IMG/VR virus record: IMGVR_UViG_3300044795_000002
Coordinates: 1-34,820 of that record
Origin: a virus
Lineage: Duplodnaviria; Caudoviricetes
Length of the DNA stretch: 34,820 nt
Reading direction: 5' to 3' (one strand)
Positions within the stretch are counted from its first letter, which is position 1. Each line of letters opens with the position of its first letter. Position numbers and translations under genes: made by a program. Below the pieces are notes generated by a model. It was not told where the DNA came from. It did not search any database and saw only the letters and a list, made by a program, of their open reading frames with translations. Of this stretch, positions 6,196 to 15,229 are shown piece by piece.

Positions 6196-8056
6196 CATCG
6201 ATGAGGAACTTGGTTCATCGCAAGAGAACGTACTGTGGATCGAAGCCTTGCCTGCGCGCTTGTATACGACTCCGCAGTATGGCGAAGTTCCAGTGACTGT
6301 CGATAAGCTCAATCGTATGGTGACAAACTTCAACTCCAACGTTCGTGGACAGGAGATTGCTACCGACTTTGAGCATGGACTCGATCAATCGAAGGGCAAG
6401 CAGGCAAGCGGTTGGTATCGTGAGTTCGCAGTTCGTCCATCAACTGATGATCCTGAGCAGCAATCACTGTGGGCGAAGGTAGAGTTTACTGACGATGCCA
6501 AGAAGGAAATCGAGGCGAAGAAGTGGCGTTACTGGTCGCTGGAATGGGACGATGAATACTTCGTCAATGATACTGGTGATAGCGTCCCTGACGTTATTAT
6601 TGGTGGCGGTCTTACGAATCGTCCTGTGGCCAAGCGCACCATGCCCATAAACTTCTCCGAGGAACTGTGGAATGAACTCGATGAGGACACTCAAAAGCAG
6701 TTCGCGGTGTGGTCAACAGCACAAGTCAACGACCTACCTGACAGTTGTTTTCTCTACATCGAGTCTGGCGGAAAGAAAGATAGTGACGGCAAAACTACAC
6801 CACGGTCACTTCGCCATCTGCCATACAAGAACAGTTCCGGTAAGATCGATCTGCCACATCTACGGAATGCGATCGCGCGCATTCCACAGATGAAGGGTAT
6901 CAGCGATTCACTCAAGTCTAGCTTGCAAGCCAAAGCTCGTCGTCTGCTTGGTGGTAGTAACAAGCAGAACAGTGAATCACCGGAAGTGCAGGCTGCATTT
7001 GAACTGCTCACTATACAGGGCTATGAAGTAACGCCTGCGTTTGCTGAGCAGAAGGAATGGGAGCATTCGTGGCCTGGTACTGGTTCACCACCTACGCCAC
7101 AGCTAGGATCACCTGAACAGCCTGATCCTGGTACTGGTCAGTATGTACCTCCGCTGATCGGTGATGTTGCTCAAGAGAATCCTGATATCGGTGGTGGCTG
7201 GCGTTGGGATCCGCTTCCACGTGTTCAAGCTGGTGTACCACCACAGTCAGGTCAGATTGGTCAACCACCTGATCCTGGTGCACCAAACGTGGGTAACATG
7301 ACTCCCAAGCCTGGTGGGACGCTTTACACGAAGTTCAGTGAGGATGCATGGAATGTTGTAGTGAAAGATGTTGCGAAAGGAGGTGGAAAGTTGAATCTAG
7401 CTGAGCTAGGCACTATCGTTGGTCTCTCGTCTGAGGGCGTGAACTTCGAGGATGAGGCTCAAACGACAGCATTCAGTGGTAAGGTGAAGGAGCGGCTTGA
7501 GACTGTGTTCTCTGAGCACGCTGCTCTCAAGCAGGCTGTCAACGTGAGCAACGAAGAAAAGCAGTTCGCTGAGAAGTTCCCAACCGTATGGCGTGAGCAT
7601 CAGGAGATGATCGAGCGTGATCGTGAAGGCAAGGCTCGTGCATTTGCCGAGTCTGTGCATACGATCACACGCACCGAGGGTGACAAGCAGGTGAAGTCTG
7701 GTTCTGGTTTGTCTGCTCTCGCACTCGACAAGGTGGCTGACGTTCACAAGAAGTTCAGCGAGGGTAAGGTTACTGCCGCTGATTTCGAGGACGTTATCAA
7801 GACCATCACAAGCGGTGGGATCGTGCAGTACGGTGAGAACGGATCCTCACGCATCAAGGACGAGGATCAGGTCATCGTCAACACAAGCAGCATGGCCGGC
7901 TTGCAGAATGCTCGCAAGCTGTTCGCAGAGAAGATCGGTGAAGTGCAAGCCGAGCACAAGGATGATCCGAACTTCTCGTATGCAATGGCAATCAACGAGG
8001 CTGCCAAGCGTCATCCTGATCTTGCGGATGCGTATCAGATGGCAGCTCCCGCATAG
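6173..8056 (+). CDS. Prohead protease (Mu gpI-like) fused to an inserted domain, a Pro/Gly linker and a scaffold
   Basis: DFEH..ASGW..LWAKVEFT..KWRYWSLEW..GGGLTNRP matches the Mu-like protease pattern; helical C-terminus ending YAMAINEAAKRHPDL. Confidence 0.88.
   Translation: MLETALANIDEELGSSQENVLWIEALPARLYTTPQYGEVPVTVDKLNRMVTNFNSNVRGQEIATDFEHGLDQSKGKQASGWYREFAVRPSTDDPEQQSLWAKVEFTDDAKKEIEAKKWRYWSLEWDDEYFVNDTGDSVPDVIIGGGLTNRPVAKRTMPINFSEELWNELDEDTQKQFAVWSTAQVNDLPDSCFLYIESGGKKDSDGKTTPRSLRHLPYKNSSGKIDLPHLRNAIARIPQMKGISDSLKSSLQAKARRLLGGSNKQNSESPEVQAAFELLTIQGYEVTPAFAEQKEWEHSWPGTGSPPTPQLGSPEQPDPGTGQYVPPLIGDVAQENPDIGGGWRWDPLPRVQAGVPPQSGQIGQPPDPGAPNVGNMTPKPGGTLYTKFSEDAWNVVVKDVAKGGGKLNLAELGTIVGLSSEGVNFEDEAQTTAFSGKVKERLETVFSEHAALKQAVNVSNEEKQFAEKFPTVWREHQEMIERDREGKARAFAESVHTITRTEGDKQVKSGSGLSALALDKVADVHKKFSEGKVTAADFEDVIKTITSGGIVQYGENGSSRIKDEDQVIVNTSSMAGLQNARKLFAEKIGEVQAEHKDDPNFSYAMAINEAAKRHPDLADAYQMAAPA
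7391..8056 (+). CDS. Nested in-frame scaffold protein (Mu gpZ-like), TTG start, 221 aa
   Basis: AAAGGAGGTG SD at 7376-7385, 5 nt before an in-frame TTG; matches the SD of other structural genes. Confidence 0.7.
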   Translation: MNLAELGTIVGLSSEGVNFEDEAQTTAFSGKVKERLETVFSEHAALKQAVNVSNEEKQFAEKFPTVWREHQEMIERDREGKARAFAESVHTITRTEGDKQVKSGSGLSALALDKVADVHKKFSEGKVTAADFEDVIKTITSGGIVQYGENGSSRIKDEDQVIVNTSSMAGLQNARKLFAEKIGEVQAEHKDDPNFSYAMAINEAAKRHPDLADAYQMAAPA

Positions 8057-8073
8057 AAAGGAGGTGGTAGATA

Positions 8074-8469
8074 ATGCCGTGGGGAAACTACGTTCTCGAT
8101 ATTGGTATGGACGTAGCTGCTGGTCAGCAGTTGACCAAGTTCACCGCTGTCAAGTATAGCGGTGAAGATCAGTGTACGCCTGTTACCACGATCGCGGACG
8201 TGATCGCTGGTTTCTGTCAGTTCAACGTCACTACCGCCGACCTTGCAAATGGCAAAGGTGCGTCGGTACGTGTTCTCGGAGTTACTGAGGCTGTCGCTGC
8301 TGGTGCGATTGCTGTTGGTAACATGGTTCAACTCGAAGCCACGGGTCAAGTCTCAGCATACGTGGCTGCGTCTGGAAAGCGAATCGTCGGTAAGTGCGTA
8401 GGTGTGCCTGCAACCAACCCTGGTGATCGGATCTCGCTTTTGATTGAGCCGGTCGCTGGACTTGCATAG
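8074..8469 (+). CDS. Capsid cement/decoration protein (DUF2190-like)
   Basis: 131 aa, Gly/Ala/Val-rich (ASVRVLGVTEAVAAGAIAVGNMV), between scaffold and major capsid; strong SD. Confidence 0.75.
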   Translation: MPWGNYVLDIGMDVAAGQQLTKFTAVKYSGEDQCTPVTTIADVIAGFCQFNVTTADLANGKGASVRVLGVTEAVAAGAIAVGNMVQLEATGQVSAYVAASGKRIVGKCVGVPATNPGDRISLLIEPVAGLA

Positions 8470-8489
8470 AAAGGGGGTGAGTAAACACA

Positions 8490-9506
8490 GTGTACGATCC
8501 TAGTGGTCTTTACATCGATCCGGTACTGAGCACATTCTCGGTGTCGCTGCCGATGGAGCAGCAATACTATGGGATTCGTCTCATGCCGGAGACACCTGTT
8601 AGAACCAAGTCTGGATACTACCGTATCTATGACCGTTCTGACTGGCTGGTTACAGAAGATCGGCGTGAGCCTGGTACAGTTGCTCACGAAGTTGTCGGGT
8701 TCAAGTGGTCACAGGACAACTTCTTCACACGTGAGCACTCACTCCAAGTTCCAATCTTCGACGAAGAAAGACAACAGCTGTACAGCCTCGGCGGTCTTGC
8801 AGATCCGGTGTTCGGCGGTGTGCAAATCCTTGACCCTGAGCAGAATGCAGTTGACAAGATCGTTCGTAGTATCATGATCAATCATGAGAACAAGGTTGCA
8901 ACTGTTCTCCGCAATACTGCGAACTATCCTGCCAACAACACTGTCACGTTGTCCGGTACATCGTGCTGGGATAACTATACGGCTACCACAATGCCGTATA
9001 CAACGTCTGATCCAGTGTCCAACATTCTGACCGGGATGCGCGCTGTGTACTCAGCTACACTACGCTGGCCGAACGTTCTTGCTATTCCTACTCAGGGTCT
9101 GTCTTACATCGAGAATCATCCGAGAATCATCGATCGTTTCAAGTACTTCGCTCTTACATCGCCTGGAGCATTCCAAGCAATCACAGGCTTCGAGGGCCAA
9201 GTCATCCTTCTGGACTCAACATACAACGCGGCACAGAACATCGATGCGACACTCAATCTCCAGTGGTTCTGGGGTAAGGACGTGTGGCTTGGTATCGTGG
9301 ATCCGACGCTGGGCATGAACGTCATGACGTTCGGTAAGACATTTGCTCAGATTTATCCCGATGGTACCACACGTCCGACTGAGCGTTGGCGTGAGGAATC
9401 TCGTAAGGCGGATATCATCCGCACGAACTTCGCATACGACTTGAAGGTCGTTGCTGCTGGTGCCGGATATCTCATCAAGCAAGCGTTCTCTCCGACTGCC
9501 TGGTAG
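8490..9506 (+). CDS. Major capsid protein (HK97 fold, gpE-like)
   Basis: 338 aa; IDPVLSTFSV N-terminus, RREPGT, PNVLAI, FGKTF and AGYLIKQA C-terminus; position in the head module. Confidence 0.88.
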   Translation: MYDPSGLYIDPVLSTFSVSLPMEQQYYGIRLMPETPVRTKSGYYRIYDRSDWLVTEDRREPGTVAHEVVGFKWSQDNFFTREHSLQVPIFDEERQQLYSLGGLADPVFGGVQILDPEQNAVDKIVRSIMINHENKVATVLRNTANYPANNTVTLSGTSCWDNYTATTMPYTTSDPVSNILTGMRAVYSATLRWPNVLAIPTQGLSYIENHPRIIDRFKYFALTSPGAFQAITGFEGQVILLDSTYNAAQNIDATLNLQWFWGKDVWLGIVDPTLGMNVMTFGKTFAQIYPDGTTRPTERWREESRKADIIRTNFAYDLKVVAAGAGYLIKQAFSPTAW

Positions 9507-9517
9507 GGGGTGATGAG

Positions 9518-9883
9518 ATGGCTGGTACAATGTATGCATGGTCAAACTTCGTAGCTGGTTTGGATCCAAAGACAAACCAGTATGCGTTCCGCGCGAAGCC
9601 TGGTGATGAAATCTCACAAGATGATCTCGAATGTAGCGACGAGGAATGGGATGCAATCGTCGCGATGGGATCGGCTCGTGAGCAGGAATATCCGAAAGCT
9701 GTTGCTGACGGATCATATCCTGATTCACCGAACAAATACTTCACTGACCAGATGGCAAAGGCAGCAGAAGGACTGCTATCTGGTGATGAAGTACAAGAAC
9801 TGACAAGTGCTGGTATCATGACTCCTGTTCCAGCTGAGCCTGAGCCGCAGAAGGCCAGCACTTCTTCAGCCGCGAAGAAGTAA
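9518..9883 (+). CDS. Hypothetical head-module protein
   Basis: GGGGGTGA SD; 121 aa directly after the major capsid gene. Confidence 0.7.
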   Translation: MAGTMYAWSNFVAGLDPKTNQYAFRAKPGDEISQDDLECSDEEWDAIVAMGSAREQEYPKAVADGSYPDSPNKYFTDQMAKAAEGLLSGDEVQELTSAGIMTPVPAEPEPQKASTSSAAKK

Positions 9884-9904
9884 CAGATAGTCATGAACAC
9901 TAGC

Positions 9905-9970
9905 AGGTTAGAGCCACCAAAGACAAAGGAGGTTCCCTCCGGTTCCTCTCAATCTGCGGTGGCTCAACCT
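9905..9970 (+). other. Long stem-loop after the capsid genes (attenuator, processing site or structured RNA)
   Basis: AGGTT(A)GAGCCACC pairs with GGTGGCTCAACCT; inner GGAG-gttcc-CTCC hairpin. Confidence 0.6.
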
Positions 9971-10058
9971 TCACCATCTGCTCTGCTACCTCATGGTCAG
10001 TGTGTTGTTGGTAACGCGCGTGGCAACAAACTGATCGTCATGCCGGGAGTGTTCATGC

Positions 10059-10844
10059 ATGGCTAGTCCTCCAACATTGTATGTGGTGTCTTTCAAAGAC
10101 TACGATCTGCCTCCACGGTTTGATGATGTTCAGTGGACGCAGATTCGTATCGATGAAGGCACAGCACCAACAGGGCCGTGGAATCAGATTGATCTGCTCA
10201 ATATCGATCCCACGATGGATCCTGCGAATCCCGAGCCTATCTCATTCACCACAGAGAAGGCTACGCTACCAGCAGGACAAGGCTGGTATCAGGTGTTCTT
10301 TGTCGATGCTGACGGCAATCTGTCTGCAACTGAGCCTGTGTTCAATGCAGGGCCAATCGAGATTCTCGCTAGCCTTGATGATATCAACAGCTACCTCGAT
10401 GGTAAGGTAATCGAGGCAGACGCACAGAACACACAGTACGTACAGGTTAGTGTCAATCGTGTCGTCAAAGGCTTCCTGGCACGCAACTTCGATCCTGTTA
10501 CTCTGTGTAGTTGGGCTAGTCCTGAGGTTACGCCTGATGTTATTCGTGAGATTGCAGCCATGCTCATCGCGAGTCAGGTGTACTTCGATGCTGCTGCACG
10601 ATCATCACTAGACTTACCTCCAACGAACTTCTCTCAGATCCTCTATGAGCGTGCAATGCTGTTGCTCAATGAGGTTCTCGTTGGCGAAGTTCCACTGTAT
10701 GTGCCTGGTTGTGGTGATCCCACAGCAGTTCCACCAGTTCCACCAGTACAGATCATGCCAATCAATCCTGAGGAAATGGAGCCTGTTGACTATTTCCCGA
10801 TTGATGCCACAGATCGTGCGTTCACCATGAGTCAGAAGTTCTAG
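10059..10844 (+). CDS. Head-tail adaptor (Mu gp36/SPP1 gp15-like) with an extra N-terminal beta-rich domain
   Basis: C-terminal half LASLDDINSYL..TPDVIREIAAMLIAS..YERAMLLLNEVLVGEV; position after the capsid genes. Confidence 0.7.
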   Translation: MASPPTLYVVSFKDYDLPPRFDDVQWTQIRIDEGTAPTGPWNQIDLLNIDPTMDPANPEPISFTTEKATLPAGQGWYQVFFVDADGNLSATEPVFNAGPIEILASLDDINSYLDGKVIEADAQNTQYVQVSVNRVVKGFLARNFDPVTLCSWASPEVTPDVIREIAAMLIASQVYFDAAARSSLDLPPTNFSQILYERAMLLLNEVLVGEVPLYVPGCGDPTAVPPVPPVQIMPINPEEMEPVDYFPIDATDRAFTMSQKF

Positions 10845-11374
10845 TGCCTGAGATATTCGTCACTGATTACGGCACACCGAAGATCGTAGCAGATCGTCTG
10901 CTTGAATCTGGTGCTCGCGTGGATACACTGGAAACAGTGTGGGAAGTCATCAAGCTTGATCTACTCAAAATCACTGAAACTCAGATCAGCTCAGGTGGAC
11001 GACGTGGTGGTGGATCGTATCGCAAGTTGCAGGACGAAACAATCAGGAAGAAGGGTAACGCTCGGATTCTGTATACTGCTGGGTCTAGGGAAGTGTACGA
11101 CAGGATCGACAGCGATGCATTGGTTCGCAGCGTTACCGTAGATCGTGCACCGTTTCAGATTTGGGTATCTACCAAGGATAGCTTTGAGTTCGGTACTGAC
11201 AGACCTTGGGCGTTTGTGCATCAGTATGGGTCAGACTACAAGAATCGCCCAGCTAGACCATTCTTGCGCTTGTTGCCAACAGATGCCACCAAGTACAGGG
11301 ATATGATAGCCACGTACATACTGGAGCCATTCGACAAGCCTGTAGAGCCTGTTGGCGGTGAAGAAGAACTATGA
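10844..11374 (+). CDS. Virion morphogenesis / tail completion protein (Mu gpG, P2 gpS-like)
   Basis: FGTDRPWAFVHQYG and RPARPFL signature motifs. Confidence 0.85.
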   Translation: MPEIFVTDYGTPKIVADRLLESGARVDTLETVWEVIKLDLLKITETQISSGGRRGGGSYRKLQDETIRKKGNARILYTAGSREVYDRIDSDALVRSVTVDRAPFQIWVSTKDSFEFGTDRPWAFVHQYGSDYKNRPARPFLRLLPTDATKYRDMIATYILEPFDKPVEPVGGEEEL

Positions 11375-12021
11375 GTGCTGTAGCTACAAGCGTTAGTCCG
11401 ATCTTTGGCCGCATGTTGTCTGCTGCCACGATTGAGGATGCTGTGATCGTGGTCATGCAGACGTGGTTTCCGACGTATCTCGCTGAACAGGAGAGACAGA
11501 CTGGTATGCGCGCTGGTTCGCTACCACCGCCAGAGAACTACATCAATCGCAATAGCTTTGAAACGCTTGAAGGCGAGCAGATGCCGAAGATCGTGGTAAT
11601 GGCAGAAGGTCTATCAGGTACGCCAGGCGCGAATGGTTCACACGTATACAGAGCTACTTGGAACGTTGGCGTAGGTGTCGCTACTGCCGCAAAGACTGAG
11701 GAAGTTTGCAATAGAATGGTCAAGGCGTATGGTGCTGCTGTGCGAGCCTTAGTCTTGAATAAGATGGGCACGCAGAACATCATCGGTGTCGCAAATGTCA
11801 ACTGGACACAGGAACGGTATCCGTCTATCACTATCCCGAGTCCAATACAACTGTTCAAGGCCGCGAATATCTCGTTCACGATGGACGTGGAAGATGTGGT
11901 TCATAAGTATGGTGGGCCACCTGTGCCATCTCGTGCAGTTCCTCCGCCTTGGCCAGAAGTCGAGACTGTCGATATCGAGACAGATATCGTGCCCGATGAT
12001 ACAGTGTTTCCTACCTCTTGA
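11371..12021 (+). CDS. Probable tail terminator/completion protein
   Basis: Position between the neck genes and the sheath; MPKIVV..YGAAVRALV pattern; ATGA overlap. Confidence 0.6.
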   Translation: MSAVATSVSPIFGRMLSAATIEDAVIVVMQTWFPTYLAEQERQTGMRAGSLPPPENYINRNSFETLEGEQMPKIVVMAEGLSGTPGANGSHVYRATWNVGVGVATAAKTEEVCNRMVKAYGAAVRALVLNKMGTQNIIGVANVNWTQERYPSITIPSPIQLFKAANISFTMDVEDVVHKYGGPPVPSRAVPPPWPEVETVDIETDIVPDDTVFPTS

Positions 12022-12034
12022 AAGGAGGTGAATA

Positions 12035-12328
12035 ATGCCAAGTACTCCGAAGGCTGCTGCAAAGGATGAGGAGCCTGTTGTTGAGACTGAGAATCTCGAA
12101 GCTCCTGAGGTTACTCCACATGCTGCACCGCCAACAGGCCCTACGCTGTATAGATGGATCGGTGATTATGCAGCACACTTTCCCGATTCAACAAACTCGG
12201 GTCTTACACCCGTAGCTGAGGTTGGTGGCTACATCACACTCAACATCGATGGCTCTGATCCTCACATTTCGGAGTTTTGGGATGAGGGCTTGCTCATCGA
12301 CGCAACAGGCGTAACCCCACCAGCATAG
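12035..12328 (+). CDS. Small hypothetical protein preceding the sheath
   Basis: AAAGGAGGTGA SD; 97 aa. Confidence 0.7.
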   Translation: MPSTPKAAAKDEEPVVETENLEAPEVTPHAAPPTGPTLYRWIGDYAAHFPDSTNSGLTPVAEVGGYITLNIDGSDPHISEFWDEGLLIDATGVTPPA

Positions 12329-12342
12329 AAGGAGGTGAATAA

Positions 12343-13803
12343 ATGTCAACCGTTGCTTACGCAAGACCTGGAGTAAGTGTCAGTATTCTGGAGACTCCGA
12401 CGCCTGCGTCGATTCCTCTTGATACTGGCATGTGGTTCGCGTTGGGCACAACAGACAGAGGCCCAGCGGGTACTCCGGTTCTGATTCAAAGTCTCACTCA
12501 GTTCATCACATCGTTTGGCCAGCGTCAATCGTATAGCGTTCTATACGATGCAATCGAGACTTTCTTCCGTGAAGGTGGGGCTGAGTGTTACATCAGCCGC
12601 GTGGTGGGGCCTAATGCCACCACGGGATTCAAGAACCTCAATGACGCTGGCGCTCTTGTTTCTCTTATCGCTAATGCTATTGGGCCTGGTGCCTGGTCGT
12701 CTGGATATATGGTTGGTGTGGTCGCTGGTGTTGCTGGCGGTAGTTATCAGATCCAGGTAACTGATACCAGCAACAACGTGTTGGAGCAGAGTGGCGATCT
12801 TCTGGATCAACCGTCTGCTGTAACATGGAGCAACTACAGCAACTACATCAGAATCAGCATCGGCCCATCTGCGAACCTTCCTGTCAATGTCGCGCCTGCT
12901 GCACTCTCCGCAGGTAACGATGACAGAGCGAACATCACTGATACTCAGTGGCAGAACGCTCTGAATGCAATCGGAGAGCAGTACGGGCCTGGTCAGGTTT
13001 CCATGCCTGGTCGGTATTCCACGGTTGCATACAACCAGCTCACAGGACACGCACAGACCAACAATCGAGTAGCACTACTGGATCTACCCAACTCGGGTAC
13101 AGTCGCTACTCTGCAAGGTGCGGCTGCTGGTATCAATAGCAGGTTTGCCGCAGCTTTCTGTCCTTGGGTTGTGATTCCAGGTGTTACCACTGGAACCACA
13201 CGAACCGTTCCTCCGTGTGCGTTCATCGCTGGTTTGCTCGCACGCAACGATCCGACGCTTGGCCCTGATACTCCTGCTGCTGGTAACAACGGACAAGCCA
13301 TGTACGTCGTGGATTTGTCACAGCCTGACTGGAGTGACAGCCAGCGCACATCACTCAACACGCAAAGCTGCAACGTCATCCGCCGTATGTTCGGTGGTAT
13401 CCGCAACTACGGTTGGCGCTCACTTACCAATGCTACCACTGATCCTGGTTGGGTAGACTTTGGTAATGCTCGCCTGTATATGGATCTTTCTGCTGAGTTG
13501 GATGCAGTTGGCGAACAGTACGTGTTCATGCCCATTGATGGTCAGAATGGTGCGACCATCAGTGCATTCCACGGATCGCTTGCTGCTGTTCTGCTGAATC
13601 ACTACAACAAGGGTGATCTGTTTGGTGACTCAGCTGACCAAGCTTTCTCAGTTGATACAGGCCCGTCAGTGAACACTCTCGCAACCATCGCAAACAACGA
13701 GCTTCATGCAGTTTGTCAGGTGAAGATGAGTCCTATGGCTGAGTGGGTACAGATCCTCATCGCCAAGCTGCAAGTCACGCAGACTATCGGCCCTGGTGGC
13801 TGA
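12343..13803 (+). CDS. Contractile tail sheath protein
   Basis: RPGVSV, GTTDRGP, FFREGGAECYISRV, RVALLD, VPPCAFIAGLLARND, YGWRSL and PMAEWV motifs. Confidence 0.95.
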   Translation: MSTVAYARPGVSVSILETPTPASIPLDTGMWFALGTTDRGPAGTPVLIQSLTQFITSFGQRQSYSVLYDAIETFFREGGAECYISRVVGPNATTGFKNLNDAGALVSLIANAIGPGAWSSGYMVGVVAGVAGGSYQIQVTDTSNNVLEQSGDLLDQPSAVTWSNYSNYIRISIGPSANLPVNVAPAALSAGNDDRANITDTQWQNALNAIGEQYGPGQVSMPGRYSTVAYNQLTGHAQTNNRVALLDLPNSGTVATLQGAAAGINSRFAAAFCPWVVIPGVTTGTTRTVPPCAFIAGLLARNDPTLGPDTPAAGNNGQAMYVVDLSQPDWSDSQRTSLNTQSCNVIRRMFGGIRNYGWRSLTNATTDPGWVDFGNARLYMDLSAELDAVGEQYVFMPIDGQNGATISAFHGSLAAVLLNHYNKGDLFGDSADQAFSVDTGPSVNTLATIANNELHAVCQVKMSPMAEWVQILIAKLQVTQTIGPGG

Positions 13804-13808
13804 TATCT

Positions 13809-13892
13809 ATGCGTACTGAACTGAATCGCACAGAGGTCATCTTGATATTGATCCTTCTTGCGATCTGTATCTGGATGATCCATACTTGGTAA
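13809..13892 (+). CDS. Tiny single-TM peptide MRTELNRTEVILILILLAICIWMIHTW (27 aa)
   Basis: Hand translation; fills the sheath-tube gap and its TAA runs into the tube SD. Confidence 0.5.
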   Translation: MRTELNRTEVILILILLAICIWMIHTW

Positions 13893-13905
13893 AGGAGGTG
13901 AAATA

Positions 13906-14376
13906 GTGGCTGGCCCGACTTACGCGAGTTTCGCTACTCGTGATGCTGGAACAAGAGCCGATACCTGGGAAGTAATCGTAGAGCTAGGTACAGGCTCAAG
14001 CATGGTACAGCTTGGCATTTGGGACAAGAAAACTGGTGGTGACCTTGACTCTGATGAAGTCAAGTATTACCCCGGTGGCATGGCTCCTGTCGAAGCTCTC
14101 GGTGGTAGGTTGAATCCTACCAACCTCACAATCCAGCGCATCTACGACCGCATCGATGATGGTGCACACGTCACACAGTTGTTGAATGGCGTGGGTAAGG
14201 AAATCGTCACGGTTACACAGAGAGCACTTGATCTGAATGGTGTGGGTATGCCTAAGCGCGTCATTTGGACTGGTATTCTCAAGAGAGTGAGAGTTCCAGA
14301 TGTGGACTCAGAAACCACTGGCGCTGCCCTTATTGAAATCGAAGTTACAGTCAATGCTGCACCCACGTACTCGTAA
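13906..14376 (+). CDS. Tail tube protein (T4 gp19-like)
   Basis: 156 aa after the sheath; GGDLDSDEVKYYPGG..NLTIQR..DSETTGAALIEIEV pattern; strong SD. Confidence 0.85.
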   Translation: MAGPTYASFATRDAGTRADTWEVIVELGTGSSMVQLGIWDKKTGGDLDSDEVKYYPGGMAPVEALGGRLNPTNLTIQRIYDRIDDGAHVTQLLNGVGKEIVTVTQRALDLNGVGMPKRVIWTGILKRVRVPDVDSETTGAALIEIEVTVNAAPTYS

Positions 14377-14551
14377 GGTCACATTCGACGTGAGGAATAC
14401 ATTTGCACTCATTGCGCTGGTGTGTTTCCTCGTCGCAATGTTGAAGTACACGGACTGGTTGTTTGGGCCACAGAATGCAAGCTCATGGCTAGCTGGTGGC
14501 CTGCTCGCGTTTGCAGTTAGTTGGATGTTTTCGGAGGCGCCACCAAGCTAA
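14354..14551 (+). CDS. Small two-TM membrane protein (start uncertain)
   Basis: Hydrophobic segments FALIALVCFLVAML and WLAGGLLAFAVSWMF; fills the tube-chaperone gap. Confidence 0.6.
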   Translation: MLHPRTRKVTFDVRNTFALIALVCFLVAMLKYTDWLFGPQNASSWLAGGLLAFAVSWMFSEAPPS

Positions 14552-14593
14552 ACATAACCGTATCACTTCTGTCATGAGAAAGAAAGGAGAGAC

Positions 14594-15229
14594 GTGACAG
14601 ATAACACTGAGGAGTATCCTCCACCGTATAATCGTGAGAGCGAGGCTCCTACGCAGATCAAGCCACCCTCGCAGGAAAATGGCGACGTTGATATTGAGGA
14701 CGTGCCCCCTGTGCAGGGTTTTACACCGGGGGCCGATTATTCGGTTCTCGATACTTTCAGGCAAGAGCTACAAGAGCTAGCTGAGGCTGAGGACGTTCTT
14801 ATCCCTGTCAAGGGATATGAAGCCACAGGCTTGCAGATCAAGTATCGAATGCCTGAGAGTGGCTCGCAGTTGGAGAGAATCACGCGTGAGGTAACGCGCA
14901 GGTACAAGACGCCTTACGAGCGAAACTTGAATACTGCGATGGAGATGATGATCTATCTCTGCGAAGGTCTGTACGTTCAGCCGGATGGCGTGGACGAACC
15001 TGTCCCACTTGATTTCGAGGAAACTGGTCAGCCTGTACGTTTCGATGAGAGACTCGCTACTCTCATTGGATTGAGTGGTGACGGAGCACAGGTAACAGCC
15101 AAGATGATCGTCAGAAAGTTGTTTGGTAACAACGAACTGGCGATCATGACGCACGCAGAGCGTCTGCAACGTTGGCTGTCGAATACAAAAGCCGACCTCT
15201 CTGCTGAAATCTGGCAGTTGGGGGAATAG
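14594..15229 (+). CDS. Tail assembly chaperone (short form, gpG-like)
   Basis: Position before the tape measure; ends in the slippery sequence GGGGGAA followed by TAG. Confidence 0.8.
   Translation: MTDNTEEYPPPYNRESEAPTQIKPPSQENGDVDIEDVPPVQGFTPGADYSVLDTFRQELQELAEAEDVLIPVKGYEATGLQIKYRMPESGSQLERITREVTRRYKTPYERNLNTAMEMMIYLCEGLYVQPDGVDEPVPLDFEETGQPVRFDERLATLIGLSGDGAQVTAKMIVRKLFGNNELAIMTHAERLQRWLSNTKADLSAEIWQLGE

Noticed and set aside
9893-10066. 57-codon ORF as a confident gene
   Set aside because: No SD, low-information sequence and overlap with a strong stem-loop; mentioned only within a finding.
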